From Selaginella moellendorffii (lineage: Eukaryota > Plantae > Lycopodiophyta): a stretch of DNA of 64,000 nt. How positions within the stretch are numbered: position 1 is the first letter of the stretch; the number at the start of each line of letters is the position of its first letter. The notes beneath the pieces are model-generated. The model saw only the letters and a program-made list of their open reading frames with translations. It ran no database searches and had not been told where the DNA came from. The DNA lies in NCBI RefSeq assembly GCF_000143415.4, contig NW_003314271.1:1198204-1262203 (forward strand), written 5' to 3'. This document shows, piece after piece, positions 36,451 through 51,665 of the stretch. The translations under genes and the position numbers were made by a program.

Positions 36451-39400
36451 CAAAACAGAGCAAAAGAGAACTAAGAGCCAGGCAAAAAATGCCTAGCTAA
36501 AAACATATAGGAGTTCCTACCTTATGTCCATTTGGCTATGTACAGATGATAAGCCCAATAAATTAATATTTGAACAAGAGTAAACTAACATTTAAATAAA
36601 AGGGGCTGATAAAGGGAATCAGCAATACCGACCTCCTACCATCATAGTAGTAAAAAAAGAATATTCGAAAGGACAGCCGACAGATAACTTCCGATACCCG
36701 AAGTCACATTCGTGACAACAATACATCAATGATTAAAGTAACATCAACAGAAGCACCCTACATAGCATCAAAAACTCAATTTAAAGAGAACTTAACCTTA
36801 GAAACAACATTGTTGGATGACAATAATTATGCATCATTTGCAGCTTTGAATAACACACTCCTCAATCAATGACAACATGGCATTGCAAAATTGTTAGAAA
36901 GATTCCCTCTCCACTTTTAGGATAGGGAGTTAAAATTTTAAATGATGATGTTATGTGTTTCTCCCCATGTTAAGGGGTTTCCTTTTCAACATCTAGTGAC
37001 TCCACTAGGGAGGATTAATTCTTAGTCAATCATCCCCTTTGTTCTCTAGTTTTTTTATTGTTTTTCTTGGATTGGGAGAAAATCTGTGAATGATTTAATG
37101 GTGCTAGCACTAAAGAGATCCCAAAGGCAAAGATGAGTATGCCAGACTACAAAATTTATCATGTTATGCCAAAATTCTAGAAAAGCTTTCATAATTTTCT
37201 TTCTTTTTAGACAAGAAACAAGGGTTTTCTTGAGTTTATGCATAGATGATTGATGTTTTTGGGCTATAGAGATCATGATTTATAGATTTTGTCAAGCCTT
37301 AGCATAAAAATTGCTCAATTTAGCTTCCAAAACATGACATTTTCTCTCGTGGTGCAAGTAGTAGTTGGTTTGGAGGGTTATATTTTGCTAATTCTTTTAC
37401 CATCTCAATCTTTCTTAGGCTTTATTAATAGATCTGCTTCTACTCTTTTTGTAAACGGTTTATATGTGTGTTCTAGTTGAGTCTGGATCGTGATGTTTCT
37501 TCCACATTTATTATATTGAATATGGAAAAGTTCTTGTGCAATTCAAGGTAGCATAAAGGGATATTTTCTTACATGGCCAAGTAAATCTTGCAAAAATCTT
37601 TCCAAAGCACTTGATCTCACTATTTACATACCCTACATAATAAGAAACACAATTAGGGTATATACTCTTTAGTTTTCTCAACAAGTTTTAGCAAGATTTT
37701 TATGAGATTTTGAGAGACATGTTGTACATGCTTTCAGGTTCTTTTTGCATTCAATCTTGTCAATTTTCATGTGCCTAATAGAGATTTTGAGTGAGTTTAG
37801 TCCTAGCACAATTGGTTCTTTGTTAAGGAGCTTTTTAAGAGCAAGTTTGGTAATTTCTATGTCTTATCTCTATACTTTGAATGTGTGTCATTATGTTTTA
37901 GTCCATCTCCTTGAGTTGAGAGGCATTTTTGTGGTGTAAAGCCATGTTTCCTTGCATTTGTTTACTATAAAACAAGTTTAGAGTCATTTGGAGTTTTCAA
38001 GTTTTCTTCTTGAGTGTCTAGCAAGAATATCACACCTCTCCAACAGTTTTTTCTACTCAACTTAGCTCTCTCAGCAAGTACCACGACTGGGCAATTGCAG
38101 AAATCTACACATTTCATGCTTTTGCACACAAGGAATACAAGGTCCTTGGTTCTAAACTAGTGCTTTATATACGTTGGAAGTTCTCTAGGGTCCAACAAGA
38201 GTTGGATTATTATACAGCTCATTTAGAGAGTGAGTCTTCTACTTCTAATATAAATACTAACTTGGGAGATTTGCATAACAACACCTTGACTACAAATTTT
38301 GCTTCAGCTAAAGATCCACCACATCCACTATGACCAAGATGAGCTTCTAACATTTTTGAGCCTTCACTAAGAGCTATGCATTAACGTGACATGGCATGGC
38401 CACCAATTCTATTACCACTTGGAGAAGGAAGAAAAAGACAAGCTCGAGGATTCAAGCTTAGGAAAGTAAACTTGAGAGGTTCAAGGTTAAGATTGTATTC
38501 CTAACCTTGACATGAGTAGTAGAGACTATAAAAGCAGGACTTAGAATGTTTTTAGACTTATCCCTAATACAAAATACATTGCAATACATCGTCATTCTGC
38601 CTATCTCTTTGGCTCCAATGGCAATATCTTACTTACCCACCGCCTTCAAGGGATCAAAGGCGTGGGACTAGCACCTTGAAGCACATGTTCACAGTCTCTA
38701 CTTGGCTTGGCACAAGCAAGTAAGTGCACTCTTCTGGTAGTGTAGTTTTAGATTTAGGGACTAGATTAGATTTGAAACTCCTAGGAAGATCTTGTGTGGA
38801 CGTTTCCTCCCAGTCCAGAGATTTCAAGGAGTTTTCACCACTGATGTTGATGGTATATATTTTAGAGTGAGGAATGGAGTTGTTAGCCTTTGAGCCAAAA
38901 ATTGGAATCTTTATGGATGATCATTTTGTGTCTTTCTATTTATATTGTGCTAACAACAAAATCACCAATAATGCAATGAAGTGTGGGGTATTTGCTCAAT
39001 CAATGCATGGATGCATGAGATGTTGGGTTCTCTCCCTTAAGCTAGAGAAGCATGATTTCAAGGCCTTGGTTATGACCTTCAAGAGCACATTCTTGTAAAA
39101 GATTCTTATGTAGCAACTTGTCCAAGACATATTCCTCTTTTAGCAAGGAGCCAATGAATCAATCATCAACCACATAACATGATTCAAGTCCTAAAAGTTT
39201 TACCTCAACAAACAAGTGACAAAAGAGGAGTCCCTTGGAGTGTCAACCTTTGTGCAAGGCCTCAAGCCCAAGCCCTAGAAAAAAGTGGCCAAGAGACATC
39301 ACTAGCATTGCCACAATGCTTATGCACACATTACAAAGCTTGAGTCAAAGATGTGTCATAAGCTTAGTATCTCATTCATTGAGGAACTCATCCAAGTCTT

Positions 39401-39779
39401 TCTTCCAGCTTGTCTTTGCACCTTTACTCATGACATAATGCCCTAACTAGTCATTGAGAAGATACTTATAGCAGTTAAATTGATGTTGTCAGAGTTCAAG
39501 TAGAAGGCAATTCTTCAGCAACAACAAGAGTATCAAATCAAGCTTATAGAGGAAATCCAAGCATTGAGAATGCTTACACAAGAATGTTCTCAGTGACAAC
39601 TACAATGATGTGAGGAATGCAAGGTTGAGACATATAGCACTACTCACTATTGGAGGTTGCATCTAGAATTCTAACCACAATACACAGCATCGCACAAGCA
39701 ATGAGTCTAGCAACAACCATTTGCAAAAAACACAGCTTCATCCTCCACGGATTACAATGAAACACTCTAATAGAGAGCC

Positions 39780-40680
39780 ATTGAGGCACCACTGGCAAAT
39801 GATCATGCATCAATACACTTTGTCACCAATTCCTAAGATTTTGGCAATAACTTGAGACTTCAATGTGTGCTCTAGGTGGTGTGGCTTCCTCTCTAGCTCC
39901 AGACACAGCTCCCATTCAGATCATCAAAGCCATTTTTGCTCTCGATTAGAGCGCATTCATCATCCCAATAATGATTATAGGTGTTGATATGGGGCATTTG
40001 CTAACTCTTGCTCAGCCACAAACATCCTCTCCTAAACATTAGCTTAACAAGTAGACTTTAAGATCAAAGAATATTTAAAGGCTATCCTCAAAACCTTTGT
40101 AAATCACACAATGGCTCTGATGGGGATTTGTTGAGATATTCACATTCTAGTGCATGGGCATGAGTTGATAGCAAACTTCCTCATCATGGATTATGCTACT
40201 TTAGGAGCCTCTACACAAGAGAAGTCAGTCATTCTAGGGAGGCTATGGCTAAATGCAATATCTTACTCCTTTGACTTTGAGAATAGTTAATTGCAGATTG
40301 AGCAAGGAGCTAACCAAGTGATATTCCTTAATGCCAAAAGCCAAATTTTGGCTTCTTAGGATGTGATTCAAGTTATGTCTTTATAGTGATCTAAATCACA
40401 CACCTACATGATAAAGGATCCTTAACCTTTGTGATGCAACATGGTTGATTTCTCTGCACACTAACTAAATAATCTTGTCCCTCAACTTCTCTATCCACTA
40501 TGCATCACCACATTCACTTGGGCTTAAGGAGGCAAAAGATTTAAATGAGATTCTTAAGATTCCAAAAAATGCCTATAACAACTTTAGAAAGTGACCTTTT
40601 TTGTAATATATCAAAAAATTCCACACAATTCTATCAATAAAAGTGATATCTATAACAGTTTTCTAGTAAAAAAAGTGGCT
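39780..40680 (+). pseudogene. Decayed retrotransposon aspartic-protease region
   Basis: FIIPIMIIGVDM and SVILGRLWL remnants; collinear with 56525-57455. Confidence 0.6.
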
Positions 40681-41499
40681 TCTAAACTTATGAAGCACAA
40701 AGCCCATCCAAATGAGGCAAAGATACAACTTTGGCCACCAGAGGAGGCCACTTCAATCAAGCTTGAACTAACATCACCTATATTCGTGTTATTGAGGGAG
40801 TTTGTGGTTGTGGAGCATGATTTTTCTTCCCTTGAAGTTTATATCCACCAAACATTGTATTAACCATGTATTTACAAGAAAGTTTTCAAAGCACATATAC
40901 TTTACCATGTGATTTTGTGAGCAACAAGGAGAACATATTTGCAAGGTTGTTTCTAGCTATGAATTTTTCTCTATACCTTCTCTAGCCCTCCACCATGGTA
41001 CACAACACTCTGAAACAACAACTATATAAGGTATATGTGTGCAACAGGCTTATAAATTCTCTATGGGCAAAAGGTGGTGAAAGCAAAAACTTTTCTCCAG
41101 CACCAACATAGCTCTTTTTAGAAGGTTCTCCAGCTTTGTGATATCACACTAGACCTTTCCAACCATAGGATACTAGCCATAGCATCACTTGTAGCATTTG
41201 CAGCATCTTTTCCAATCGTTAACACTTCACTTGATCATTGGATTTTTGCAAGTGCTTTGGAATCTTAAAGACACTTCCTTTTATGTTCTAGGAGCTTCAA
41301 ATGTCCCCACACATAGCCAAACTTTAGGTTAACTTATTATAGCAATGCTAGTTACTTTGAGCCAACACAACATCATACTTTAGAAGGTGACAAGTAGCTT
41401 TTGCAACATCTCTAGCCTCCTTCAAAACTCTTTGGGACCTCCTAGCACAAACTTAATCACCAAAGAAGAGTTTTTTCAACTTCCTATGTTTTGATAAAC

Positions 41500-44400
41500 A
41501 TATATGTACATTCCCTAATATCTCATAGGTACTAATATAAAAACTGGGTGTGCTGCCCTGAACTCAAGCTACCTAGTGAAATTCTCCCTTGTCCAAAGTG
41601 AAATTAAATCTGAAGTAGGAGTGGCTATAGTCATTGTTATCGTACCGAGTCTAGATCCACATCCCCCTTTTATACAGATTGTAGGATCAACTCTAGGTGG
41701 TGCCATCTTCCCTCTGTCTTGGAGGATAGCATGGTATAGTCATACTGCAGCCAGTATAAGTCTCCACCACTCCACCACCATTGTTGATACTCTAACTTGG
41801 ATTTCATCAAAGTGAGCCTGATTACATGCTTCTTACAAGGTCTAGACCACCATTGCCCACCATATTGCCCATCTAACATGACCAAAGGCCTCCCACAAAG
41901 GAGCCCCTATCTCTGCACCGGTTGCATCCCAACAGACTTAGATCCCCCAACTGTGTCATCCCTTGCATCTAATGTGCTATAAGGCCAACCCCTAGGCTAG
42001 ACCTCTCATTCCCTCAAACCAGTGAAAAACATCCCCAATGCGAGTTTCAAAATCTTATATGACTCTTCCATGCTTTAAGGATCTATTGCCACACTTCCTT
42101 CGTTGTATTGCACTCCCACAATGTGTGTCTGTCTTGATCTCGCCATACTCTTTACACTTGTGACTCATCTCATCTTTGGAATTGCTGTCCGATTGAGAGA
42201 ACCAACCATGAAGTAATGTTTACCTTTTCTTGTATGGGTAGTTTCTAAAGTAGCATTGTGTTGTCCACCACTTATTCCACATTGACTCCTTGTGCTATCC
42301 ACTTCTGCCACAGCTTGGGGATCTCCTCTCGTACCTCCTCTCTATATGTCAATAGTCCATTACATGCTTCCTTAACTTTTATGAGAAGAAGCTTTTCACC
42401 CCTCATTGCCATGCAGTAGAGTCCTAGTCCAAGTCCTCCAGTAATTACTAGCACCACTAGAGCAGTGTTCCCTTGCCCTCCAAAAGGATCTATGACTCCA
42501 CCATATCTAGTCTTTTAGGCATCTATCAAAGGACTTGGATCCTCCCATAAACTTCATCATCAATGAAATTTGGCACTTCTTGCATTTCTCCTGTTAAGAG
42601 AAGCATATCTTCTTTGGTGATGCAAAAGGGCCGTCCTAAGTTATGCTCTAATGAAACAACAAACCACACCTTAACATCCCCTTCCTCTCAAGTTGGTGTG
42701 GGTGCTAAGAATGCTCTAGTCCACTTCCCTAGTGGAAGGCATATCATAATTTGTTCCTCCCACTCCATCTTGTGTTGAATTGCCATGAAGTCCCCTGCTT
42801 TAAGGCATTGTCTCAACCACTTGGTCCCTCTTTTAGTGCCATTCACCACCTAGAGCAATTGTAGGATGTTTGGTAGAAGGTTGCATACATCACTTCCATA
42901 GGTTGAAAACTTGTGTTCTCTTATTGTCCACCCTAGGTCTCTATTGATTATCTTGACTAGCTACTTCACGGTTTGGAACCCGTTCAACTACATCTTCCTC
43001 CAAATTATATAGTGTGGCTCCCACCCCAGCATGATCTCTTCCATATGGAACAATGTGTTAAAAAAGAGGGGCTGGTTATGCCACTCCTCAACTCTACTTG
43101 GTAGCACATGCTCCAGTAGAAAAGCTTTCCATAGTCTGTGTATACTTTGAATAAGGTTGCCCCCTTTCACTACTTGCGTCAACCCTTCTGCAAAGAGCTA
43201 CTAGGGATATTCCTCCCAAGATCTAGCCATGTTGTGCTTGGTGCATATCATTAGAAGACTTTGTCGAAACATAAGTTGCCACAGTTGTCTCTCCAGTTGG
43301 AGGCCCATGAGGATGACTTTTTACCTTAGTGCCTTTTCCATATCACTAGGATTGATGATCCCCAACCCCTCTAGGATGTGGGGCCATGCTATGGACTACT
43401 ACGCAACCTAAAGTTCCATGCCATATGTAGGTTCTCACCATTTGTCTCACCTTTTGTAATGTGGCCTCCAACACTAGCCAAATTGAGATGTGATACCAGG
43501 TGCTAGGAAGAATACACTCTTAGCCACTACGATCTTCATTGGGAGTCCTAGCTTCCTTAAGGCCCATTTTTGAATTGCAATCTAAATCCTCTTGATTAGT
43601 GTATCATCCTGCATGGTTGCACTATATTGGACCCCAACTTGGATGCCCAAGTAGTGTGTGTTGTCACCCAAGTGAAACCATTGGAAACCAATCTTCTATC
43701 CCTAGGCCTCGATGCCTAGCTTCCCCCAGTTGATTCCAATTGACTTGTTCCAGTTGATTGCTGCTCCGACCACCATATTGGAAGTCTCCAACTTTACCTT
43801 TGCCATGTTGAGATTTTCTGGAAAGGCAAGTAGAAACAACACTGTGTCATCTGCAAATGCCTTGTCTTACAGCTCCCTTGCCACATCCTGTGTTCCCAGG
43901 TGTTGTAGTCTTTTAGTAGGGAGCATGATGCCCTTGATGTCTCCTCCATTTGCCAGAAAAAAAACCTAGCGCCTCAATGACAATCAGGAACAAGTAAGGG
44001 GTGAGCGGGCAACCTTGTCTCACTAATCGTCCCAATTGGATGCTCAACCTAGACTCCGTGATCTGTCTTGTTGTCCCCCTATATAGCAATGAGATACGAG
44101 CGACTATTGTCGCTGGGATCCCGATCTTCCTCATGCAATCCTCCAAGAAATCCCAATCCACTCTATTATACGCCTTTGCAAAGTTTAGAAGCTATGCCAC
44201 GATCTGCTAGTTCGAGACATTTGCCCACCTTTGAGTGAGTAGGTATGTCCAGATGTTCTCTATAATCTATCTTCCTAGCACAAAACCTGTTTGTTGTTCT
44301 CTAATGATAAGAGGTATAACTAGCTAAAGTTTGATTGCCATCACCTTTACGTAAATCTTGTATGATGTGTTGAGCATGGTGATGGGTCTCCAGTTCCAAA

Positions 44401-47400
44401 GCTTCTGGAGGTCTCTACATTTTTGTAAGTGACTAATTTTTCCATTCTACTTTAGTCACTTAACCACACCTCCGACCATTTGGAGGAGTCTCATTCAACA
44501 CCTCCATAAGTCCCATTTAGGACTTGGGGCTTGCTATCCCTAAGAATGGCTTCCATGCCACTCAACCTTTGCACTTGGTCCAAGTGCTCCACGTGTCTGA
44601 TCCCATGACTGACACCCCAAGGGACCACCAACATATCAGCCCGTTACGCTAAGCCACGCCCATTCACCTTGGTCATATCAGTGGTCTAACACCACCTGCA
44701 TTGCAATCCCGTCTCTCCAAGACTGGGCCATTCGTCCATGAGTGGTCACCCTAGATCCACTCCTTAGCATCTTTAAGATGCCCACAGACATGGGGAATAG
44801 CCTTCCCCAATATCTCCATTCCAGTCCCTACCAAGTCCCTTTTTGTCCTTGGCCGTGTTCACCAACACTGTCACTAGATCAAGGCCTACGGGCCTGACCA
44901 CTAAATCTCACTATCCTCTAGGACTTCCTCACTATGTGACTGTGTCCTTGGTCACCACACTAGAGGGCTACTCCTCTTCCTTTCCATAGTCTGGGACTTT
45001 GGGACAACATTTCAGAACACCGTGGCCCTACGTGGGCCTCATGGGTACTCTCCCCACCTTCCGCCTTTAGGTGCTCTAGCCATGGGCTTAGAGCGAGGTT
45101 CCGTTAAGCCACGCCAAGTATCCAAGTAGGTAGTGCCACCCACACTTGGACTGGGAGCATTGGCCAGTCGATCTCCCGGGGGAACTAAAGTTGGCTCTTG
45201 AACACTTCACCAAGTTACCCCGCTTGTCGGTCCATATTCACTCTAGTCTTGGACTTCCCAGTGGGCAGCTCATCACCCAACACTGGGTATAGCCTTCCTA
45301 AGCCAAACTGGCCTTTCCTGGCCAAACTGGCTCCACTGCAGTCCTCCCCCTCATTGTACTTTTGGAGCTCACCAAACCCCCCAGGGTCTGGGAGACGAAC
45401 GCTTTGGGCTTTCACCCTCTCAGACTCGAACTCGGGCTCAGTCTCGGTCTTGGCCTCGGCCTAGGTCTCAGTCTCGGTCTCGGCCCCGGTCTCGGTCTCG
45501 GTCCCGGTCTCGGTCTCGACTTCAGACTCCATCTCAAGTCCATCTCGGACTCCATCTCAAGTCCATCTCGGACTCCATCTCAGACTCCATCTCAGGTCCA
45601 TCTCGGACTCCATCTCGAGTCCATCTCGGGTCCATCTCGGACTCCATCTCGGGTCCATCTCGGACTCCATCTCGGACTCCATCTCGGGTCCATCTTGGAT
45701 CTATCTCGGACTCCATCTCAGACTCCATCTCGGGTCCATCTCGGATCCATCTCGGACTCCATCTCAGGTCCATCTCGGATCCATCTCGGACTCCATCTCA
45801 GACTCCATCTCGGACTCCATCTGGGGTCCATCTTGGATCCATCTCGAATCCATCTCGAACTCCATCTCGGACTCCATCTCGGGTCCATCTCGAACTCCAT
45901 CTCGGACTCTTCCACATGTCATGTGTCGGTCCTCTTGTGTCCCTTTTCTAGAGACTCACTTATTTTTCACTTCGTGCTTGTTCCTCGAGCACTTCATTGG
46001 GAGTTCCACTCCCACTCTCGACCTTTTCAAGTCGGAGCTTTTAGTCCAAACGTGTTACGCTCGTTTGGCTTTCGCTTCGGCCACTACCACGTGGCACCCT
46101 TTCGGCTCCACTTTGGGGCCTAGGGATTTTGTGTCTCACAATTTTGGGATGAGTGCAATCTGTCCCTCTAGTACCTCCTCAGGCAAGGCTCCTATTCACT
46201 GCATACTCCACCACATCTTCAAGAGCATCAAGCCAAGGGCATCCCAGTACTCCTCATAGAATGCCAAGAGGTGGCCGTTTGTGCCTGGCATCTTGTCATT
46301 GCTCAGTTGCTCTAGGGTTTAGTGTAAATCTTCCAGTGAGAAATCTGTCCCCAACAGTTCTAACCACTTGTTGGGCACTCTATTTAGGAGGGAAGCCAAC
46401 ACCTTGCTTGCTACAAGCTTCCTTTCTTGAGTCCATGACTAGGTCGAGTATAGCTTTTGGTAGAACTCCTGAGCAAGCTTTTGCATTCCCTGTGGATCCT
46501 CTACCACATCACCTCCCTCTCCCTACAGTCCTAGTATCGAAGGAGAGTCTATGATTGGTTGAATCCCCTTGTAGAAGGCTTTGTTAAGGAGCCTCTTGTT
46601 CATTGCCCAATTGTCCTCCATGGTATGAAGTCCAACCATATTCCTTGTCAACTTTTATCTTGTCTAGTGCTTTCCATTTGCTCAAGTTTTGTGTATGTCT
46701 GCCTTGCAAGCCTCACCTCCTTCAAGACTTCCCCTTTAAGTGTTGCCTATCTTTCCCGTAGCTTGGTGGAGCAAACTTGCACTACCGAAACAAGATCTCC
46801 TTTGCATGCTAGTGCTTCTTAGACAAGCTTCAATGCTATCTAATCTACTAGTGTTGCTTTGGTTTGTAGCTTGATAATGCCTTGTAGAGGATCATGGTTC
46901 GAAAAGGTGGTGAACACAGGGCACATTTTAAATCCCCCTCCATTCAATCTCAATCTGGTGAAGGCATAGATCCTATCGAGGCATACTTGACACTCCATCA
47001 ATTGTCTTCTTATGAATGGATGGGAGTGAGCAATGAAGCCTTCTATGTGCTGGAGGTCCAAGATGCCTAAGTCATCCATGAGAGTTGTCCACCTCTTCCT
47101 CTCTCTCCCTTGAATGGTTTTCAGTGAGCCTCAACAATCACTTAAGTTCTCAAACATGTTGAAGTCTCCTATCACGAGCCACTCCACCACTCCTTGATTG
47201 CTCTATTGTATCTCTGCCCACATCTGTGCACATTCCCTTCATCTAGTGGGTGCATAGATATTGAAGATCCCAATGTGCCCGAGGTGCATGTGGATAACTA
47301 GCATTTATGCTTTCCTCAATACCTATGATCCCATACCTGTGTAGAACACTTGGTAGAAACGATGACTGCCACACCTCCTCCTTGGCATACCCTCACTTAT

Positions 47401-50400
47401 GTGGCTGGGTTCCTCCAAATTCTCCCTTGCATGCCCAAGTTGAAGTTTGGTGCTTCCTCCATCTTGTATTCTTGGATGCGTAGTATATCTATCCTTCCCT
47501 CCAAGCCAATCTCTCGGATGTGGGACTTAAGTTGTACTCTCTTGTTGAGTCAACTGTTGTCAAAACTTAGTCCCCAACAATTCCACGTTAGGATTGAGAG
47601 TGTAGTCATGGAGCAACATATTTCCAGGAGAACACAGTGTTGTAGGGCCTAGCCCTCCATTTTGTGGAGATGGTCCACACTACAATAAGCTTCCCCTTAT
47701 ACTTGGTCCAGGAAAAGCTGCACACCACATATTCTATGAAACCTGTCTACTTTATGATGGCATGTTCCATGTGCATCTAGTAGTCTCCAAATGTGATGAC
47801 CTTCGAGAACATTGTGTGTCCCCAATACGTCAACCAGTTGCTGGCCTTTGTGGTTGTCAGCTCTCTCTTGGGCAAGATCCATTTGACTGCCATGTTCACT
47901 ATCTAAGGAAGAATTGGCTGAAAACCTTCATTGTCCTTTTCAAAAATTGTGATCTTGAACATTCTGGGCTGTTCCTCAGGCCAAGAGAAGGGTGACCCAC
48001 TTGGAAATTGGATATGTGGTGTATGTTCTAAAGGATGCTGCTTCAGCTACTTCTCCATTGCCTCTGGGAGTTCAAAGGACCATCCTAGAGCAAGCTTAGG
48101 CCGTTAGTGGTGCACACATTCTCACTGTGCCTAGGCTGTAGGCAAAACCACACCATGGTCTGAGTTCTCCACCTAGATTCAAATGTACTGTCTCAGTATT
48201 GCTACCTTTGCTGGAAGCTTTGTTGGGGACGAGACGAAAACCTTAAACCTGACAAGGCCCAGGATACCCTTGCATCCATAGTGTCCAGGCCAGAAGCAAT
48301 CTGCCCGATGCTTCCCTCAACTAGCTCTTTTATCACCTTCTTGATCCTTATCTCCATTAGGATGTCCCAAAGTGCCACGTTGAGTGGAACAATTATGCCT
48401 GATCATCAGCCATGAACCTTGGAATCCATGAATGGAAGGACATAGCCCAACTGTCATTGATGAGTCCATATAGCTCCTCTGCTCGAGCTTGAGCCTCTTC
48501 TGTCTCGAACACCACTATGTAGCACCTTCATCCATATGGGAGTAGGTTCTTGATGGAAATTTCCTGTTCGAGCATAATGTTCAGCTAATCAATGGCCATA
48601 CAACCGATCAGAAACTTCCCCTGAAGACCACAATCATTGCTCTATGGTGTAGTTTTTCTTCTTTGGTTGCCACCACCTGGTTAAGTAATTCGCGCAGCTT
48701 GACTGCCTTTGCCGTCACCTTGGTGTCTTGCACTATGCCAGCCCATTTCCTTGGCTCTTTTGTACAAGAATTTGGTTTTGAGGCTTCTGCCTACAAGACT
48801 TCATTTGCCACCTTTCCTTGTGTGGAGCAGCCTCCTCACTCTTGCTGAACTCCAAAGTCACCTTGATCTCTAGGGCCATCCAGACTGCAGCATGGAGTGG
48901 GCTAATCCTTAGCTACCACCTTTTCCCAACCACGTCCTGTTGAGGCTCTCCTTTGGGCAAGTTGCCTATAGCCTGTTTCTGGTCCTCCTCAGAAAGCATC
49001 AACTCCTCATATAGGAACTCCTCCACCTCTTTTGCCCACATGAGGGCCTCTTTTAACTTACTTTAATCCTTTAGTTTTTTTTGCACCACCTTGCGTTCTT
49101 TCTTTTTTTCCATCTTGTTCTTTTTTACCTCTTTATCCATCTCCAGTCCCATGCACTTTATCTCCTCCTCTTGTTCTTCTAGCAATAACACTAATGGCTT
49201 TTTCTTTTTCCCAGAATCGGCTCCTCCTTCAGTGTCTCCACCTTTCTGTTGTCCCCTGGGATCTCATTGCCTTGTTCACTCTCCCATTCCACTCCCTGTT
49301 CCTATGACTCGTGTACCTTCCATATGCTTGTCACTTCCTCTTGCATCTTGGTTTTCCAGGCATCTTGGCTATTCTTTCTCTTCCTCTCTTTCTGTGTTTC
49401 TAGTGCCACCATCGCAAGTTCAAGGGCTACCCTGAGGGCAAGGCCAAGGATCCAGTCTTCCCCCAAGGGATTTGTCTTCTAGTGCCATAGCTCCATAGTG
49501 AGAATGTCTTGGTGAAGCTGCACTTTATCCTGAGTGGCACCTCCAAGAAGGCTCGAGGATCCCATCCCAACGTTCCTTCTTTTGTCTGGTTTGGCATATA
49601 TTGCTGCACAACTAGGGGTTGGGGCTTGTTGTCATGCTGGTGGCTGAGTAAAGTCTTGTTCTTGAATCAAAGATCCTGCAAACTTCACCAAAGAGCTAGG
49701 CAGTGACGCTCTTGCTTTGTTTGTTAGATCTAAGAAGCACCTACAAGTGAACTTCTAACTGAGTGTTCTCCTTTTGGTCTAGCCCTAGCTATGACTTGTG
49801 GCCCTAGCAAGATAGCAGCTCAACTCTTCCGGACTTGTTCCTTTGTCTCTGCCCTATGGTTATTAGGAGTTTTTCTGTTCCTTTATAGATCTCACACTTA
49901 AGTGTTAGGCATATCCAAGCTCTTCTCTTCTCCCAACTCCTCCATTGATTTCAGTTCACCTGATTGCCACCTATCCTCCTCGTAACTTGCTCCCATTGAG
50001 TGTCAACTTGCTGGTAGAGTGCAACCGTGGCTGCCCTCATCAATGTTGCTGCTGCCCTGCTACTCTTCCTTATCCTCGCTCTTCATGCCTTTGTTCTTGC
50101 CTAGATTAGGGCATGTCTTGCCCTTAGTTTTTCCAAGAGCTGTCTCTCCCATGTTAAGAACCACACTAAGTGGTGGAAAAACTCAGTTCTGGAGCTTTGC
50201 TTGTGGCCACCTCCTCGCACGGCCTGTCTCTATAGGCTAATTCTCTAGAGCCTAGGAATCCACTCACTTTCTGTGCTGCTCTGTTCAGTGCACATTCTTG
50301 CTGCTCGGGGGGGCCATGATGTGTGGTTGGTGAGGCAAGTAGTGACATCCCTGGCCCTAACCCTTGTTCCTTTGGAACCTCCAACTCTGCTGCTCTATCT

Positions 50401-51235
50401 GTGCTCCTATGCAGTCTTACTTTTGGTGTCTCATGCATCACCATTCCCATGGACCTAGCTACTTCCAGTATCTTGTCTTCTTCTTGTAAGTCCCCAAGCA
50501 GTCTTGAGTCGGTCTCAAGGATAGTGACTGGTGTTGGTGTCCCCTCCTCGATTGCCTTGTTGTCTCTATTTTCATAGCCTTCTTGTTCCAATTGGACAAA
50601 CTTTTCTAGATTGAACGTTGGGGAGTTGGTCAGGCTAGAGTCTATGTCCATAAGTTTTGCAAGGAGTTTACGAGTGTGCTGAGCCATGTCTATCAACTCT
50701 CTCGGTCCCTACATGACCTCTTCAAGGAGATCCCTGCCAACATGCTCCATGAGGTGATCACTTTCTGTGTGATGCGATTTTTGCCTCAAGCCTGCACAAT
50801 CACTGATTGTGTGCTCACTGCTTCCTGCCATACCACTTGAGCCTAGCTTCTCATTGTCCATCGAAGAACCCAGCAAAGCCCTCCTTCCAAAAATTGGGGT
50901 TTTGCTGTTGGCAGCTCTTCCCTTTAGCATCCCCCCTTGGGGCAATTGGATGCTAAGGCCATGGCCCCTAGTGCCTCTTCCAAGTGTGAATGGTTGTGGT
51001 TTGGGTGCTAGGTAGCATTCCATCCGAAACATAGTAGTGTAAAAGCAAAAATAGAGAGTTTTTGGAGCAATTCTTCCCTGATTCTTGTGGCGAATGGCCC
51101 CACTAATGGTAGCAAGTGCAGGGAAATTGAGTGCTCTCTCCTGTCCACTCTTCTCCCTCTGGCCATGCCTCTAATCACAGCAGTCATGGCACTGGGCATT
51201 ACGCTTCTCCACGCTTTAAATTGCCAATTGTTTTC
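41500..51235 (-). mobile_element. Decayed L1-clade LINE (ORF1 region, APE endonuclease, RT, zinc finger); ends approximate
   Basis: Endonuclease motifs SWNCWGL, FNIYAP, VIGDFN, LDRIY, SNHDP (46880-47600). RT motifs WRPITMLNTSYKI, RQGCPLTPYLF, AFADDT (43500-44400). HTLWEC..EVW at ~42085-42130. Confidence 0.85.
44424..46140 (-). mobile_element. Family A solo LTR inserted in LINE ORF2
   Basis: TG...CA ends; exact TSD ATTTT (44419-44423 and 46141-46145). Confidence 0.95.
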
Positions 51236-51665
51236 TTAGGGGGTTTTCGCACCCACCATTAACTTTGTAAATTTAATGGTAATTCGTTCACACCATTACG
51301 TTATTATATTAAATTTGTAAACTTTAATTTAACTATTAAATTTAATGGCAACTTGTTCACACCAGAAATTAACATTAAAATAAGCTAATGTTTCCATTAG
51401 CATTTCTTATGCATTTTTCACTAAAATCCTAATGCTACACTTTTGTAGCATTAGGATTAAAATATTCACAAATATTCTATAGGGCTTTCACTTGCTTTCG
51501 TTTTGGCGTGGCGTGCGGTGTGCGGTGTTGTTGGCTACAAGTAGTGGCGATGCCCATGGAGCAGTGAGGCGTGGTGTTGGCAAGCGTACCATGGCGGAAA
51601 TGAGGTAAGAGATAAATCCTAAGCATTTCTAGCACATTTTGGAGCATTTTACTTCTAGCCAAGCA